Part shown: positions 25,841-27,139 of the stretch, in pieces
How positions within the stretch are numbered: position 1 is the stretch's first letter
How the letters are laid out: each line of letters opens with the position of its first letter
Source: Betaproteobacteria bacterium
GTDB lineage: Bacteria; Pseudomonadota; Gammaproteobacteria; Burkholderiales; Usitatibacteraceae
Direction of reading: 5' to 3'
Assembly: GCA_039932875.1 (NCBI GenBank)
Contig: JBDTPE010000001.1
Coordinates: 1 to 27,139, forward strand
DNA length: 27,139 nucleotides
Translations under genes and position numbers: made by a program
Notes under the pieces: model-generated
What the model was told of the DNA's origin: nothing
Database searches by the model: none
What the model saw: only the letters and a program-made list of their open reading frames with translations

Positions 25841-27070
25841 GTGAAATTGAGAGCAACCATTGATGGCGTAGCGTTGGCCGCACTGGTGTTCGCTGTGATC
25901 GCGATTTCCGCAGTTTCAGCCGTCGCGTTTTTCTCAGCCGAAAATCTGATCACCACAAATGAAAAATCGTTGCGTATGCAACGAACCGCTTCCAGCCTGG
26001 AGGCGATTCGATTTCACTCATTCGCAGTGGACAGTAGCGAACAAACTTACATCATTACCGGTAAAGAGCGCGACCTGACGCCTTATCTGGCAGGTATTGT
26101 TGAAATAGAGGCAGAGATCGCATATCTGGCAGATCGTCGATCCGAACATCCGGAGCTGGAAAGAAGATTTGCAGAGCTACAAACTCTGGCGCAAAACTTT
26201 GTCGCTGATGAGCGCAACATTGTTGAAGCGCGTCGTTCCACCGGCGAGTTGATTGCCAGGGAAATGGTGAAGCGACGCTTTGGGGACGCGACCCATGATC
26301 AGTTGCTCAAGACCACTTATCAGTTGTTAGTCAGTACACGCAAGCAGATGGAAGAACTAGAGGCAGATCAAATCGCATACGGCGATAAAGTACGGCGGCT
26401 GATTCTGGCGCTAATCTCATCAGCAGGTTTTATATTGTTTTTTTTGTATGGCTCATTGCGCCGGTTGAGCGTCGAACAACGCGCCGCTCAGGCGCGCTTC
26501 GCACATCAGGCAATGCACGACTCCCTGACCGGGCTTTGCAACCGGCCTGCGGTGATGGAGCACATCGACCGAAAGGTTGAGAACGGTGAACTCGAGGCTT
26601 CGCTGGGTGGATTTGCACTCCTTTTGCTTGACCTTGACGGCTTTAAGGCCGTTAACGACAAATCGGGACACGATGCCGGTGATGAGCTGCTAAAGCAGGT
26701 TGCTATTCGTTTAGAGGCCGCGCTGCGTGATTCAGACTTTGTTGCCAGGCTTGGCGGCGATGAATTTCTGGTTGTCGTACCACAGGTTTCAGATAATGAA
26801 ACAGCCGAGCGCGTTGGAAGAAAACTTATTGACGTGATCGGCGCGCCGTATTTGCTAAGCGACGTCGCAGCTTCAGTGACTGTCAGTATCGGCATCAGCA
26901 TGTTTCCAAGCGACGCACGCGATCGGGAGTCGCTGATGAAGTGCGCGGACCTCGCGCTTTATACAGCTAAACGCGCTGGAAAGAATCGTCTGTGCTTCTT
27001 TGTAGCCGATTTGCCGGCAGACATGGGTATCAGTCAAGCTGAGACTCAGTCATCCTTTGGCAATTCCTAG
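25841..27070 (+). CDS. Membrane-bound diguanylate cyclase with a CHASE3-like periplasmic sensor
   Basis: TM - helical domain (SEQTYIITGKERDLTPY, CHASE3-like) - TM - HDSLTGLCNR, LDLDGFKAVNDKSGHDAGD, RDSDFVARLGGDEF, ADLALYTAKRAGKN. No EAL domain. GTG start with AAGG 9 nt upstream. Confidence 0.92.
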   Translation: MKLRATIDGVALAALVFAVIAISAVSAVAFFSAENLITTNEKSLRMQRTASSLEAIRFHSFAVDSSEQTYIITGKERDLTPYLAGIVEIEAEIAYLADRRSEHPELERRFAELQTLAQNFVADERNIVEARRSTGELIAREMVKRRFGDATHDQLLKTTYQLLVSTRKQMEELEADQIAYGDKVRRLILALISSAGFILFFLYGSLRRLSVEQRAAQARFAHQAMHDSLTGLCNRPAVMEHIDRKVENGELEASLGGFALLLLDLDGFKAVNDKSGHDAGDELLKQVAIRLEAALRDSDFVARLGGDEFLVVVPQVSDNETAERVGRKLIDVIGAPYLLSDVAASVTVSIGISMFPSDARDRESLMKCADLALYTAKRAGKNRLCFFVADLPADMGISQAETQSSFGNS

Positions 27071-27139
27071 AAGTGATCCGCTAAAGTTAGCGTGCACGCA
27101 TCCCGGCGATATATTCCGCGAGCGCGAGCATGTCTTTTT

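Noticed and set aside
25833-25844. Mini-ORF ATG-ACC-ACG-TGA overlapping the cyclase GTG start
   Set aside because: The only SD-like sequence (AAGG) is 1 nt from this ATG but 9 nt from the GTG, so it probably serves the cyclase. Likely chance.
27079-27092. Palindrome CGCTAA-AG-TTAGCG after the cyclase stop
   Set aside because: Short, with a 2-nt loop, and its context is cut off by the window edge; no function can be assigned.
23885-27139. Apparent drop in GC content at the right end, suggesting horizontal transfer
   Set aside because: An impression by eye, not computed. The genes are housekeeping genes in ordinary synteny, and I saw no integrase, tRNA or direct repeats.

Overview
Core-genome window from a proteobacterium. 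Gene order and protein sequences suggest Betaproteobacteria; this is an inference. There is no mobile element, RNA gene or CRISPR array that I can support. From left to right: (1) a minus-strand ubiquinone operon, DUF971 - NTF2-like - ubiE - small secreted protein - Tim44-like - ubiJ - membrane protein - ubiB; ubiB runs off the left edge and is missing from the ORF track. (2) Divergent phoB-phoR with a well-positioned PHO box. (3) A permease-less PTS (EIIA-Man type, HPr, EI). (4) A hypothetical gene, a DUF1439/YceB-like lipoprotein and uppP. (5) A minus-strand type IV pilus chemosensory cluster, pilG-pilH-pilI-pilJ-chpA. (6) A rubredoxin divergent from thiD-thiE-hemL and a CHASE3-like/GGDEF diguanylate cyclase. 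The best leads are three extra genes embedded in the ubi operon (one GOLD/p24-like, one NTF2-like, one DedA/VTT-like), a MinD-like amphipathic motif in the PilJ N-terminal tail, and several structured or regulatory intergenic elements. All family calls come from motif recognition by eye; no searches were run.
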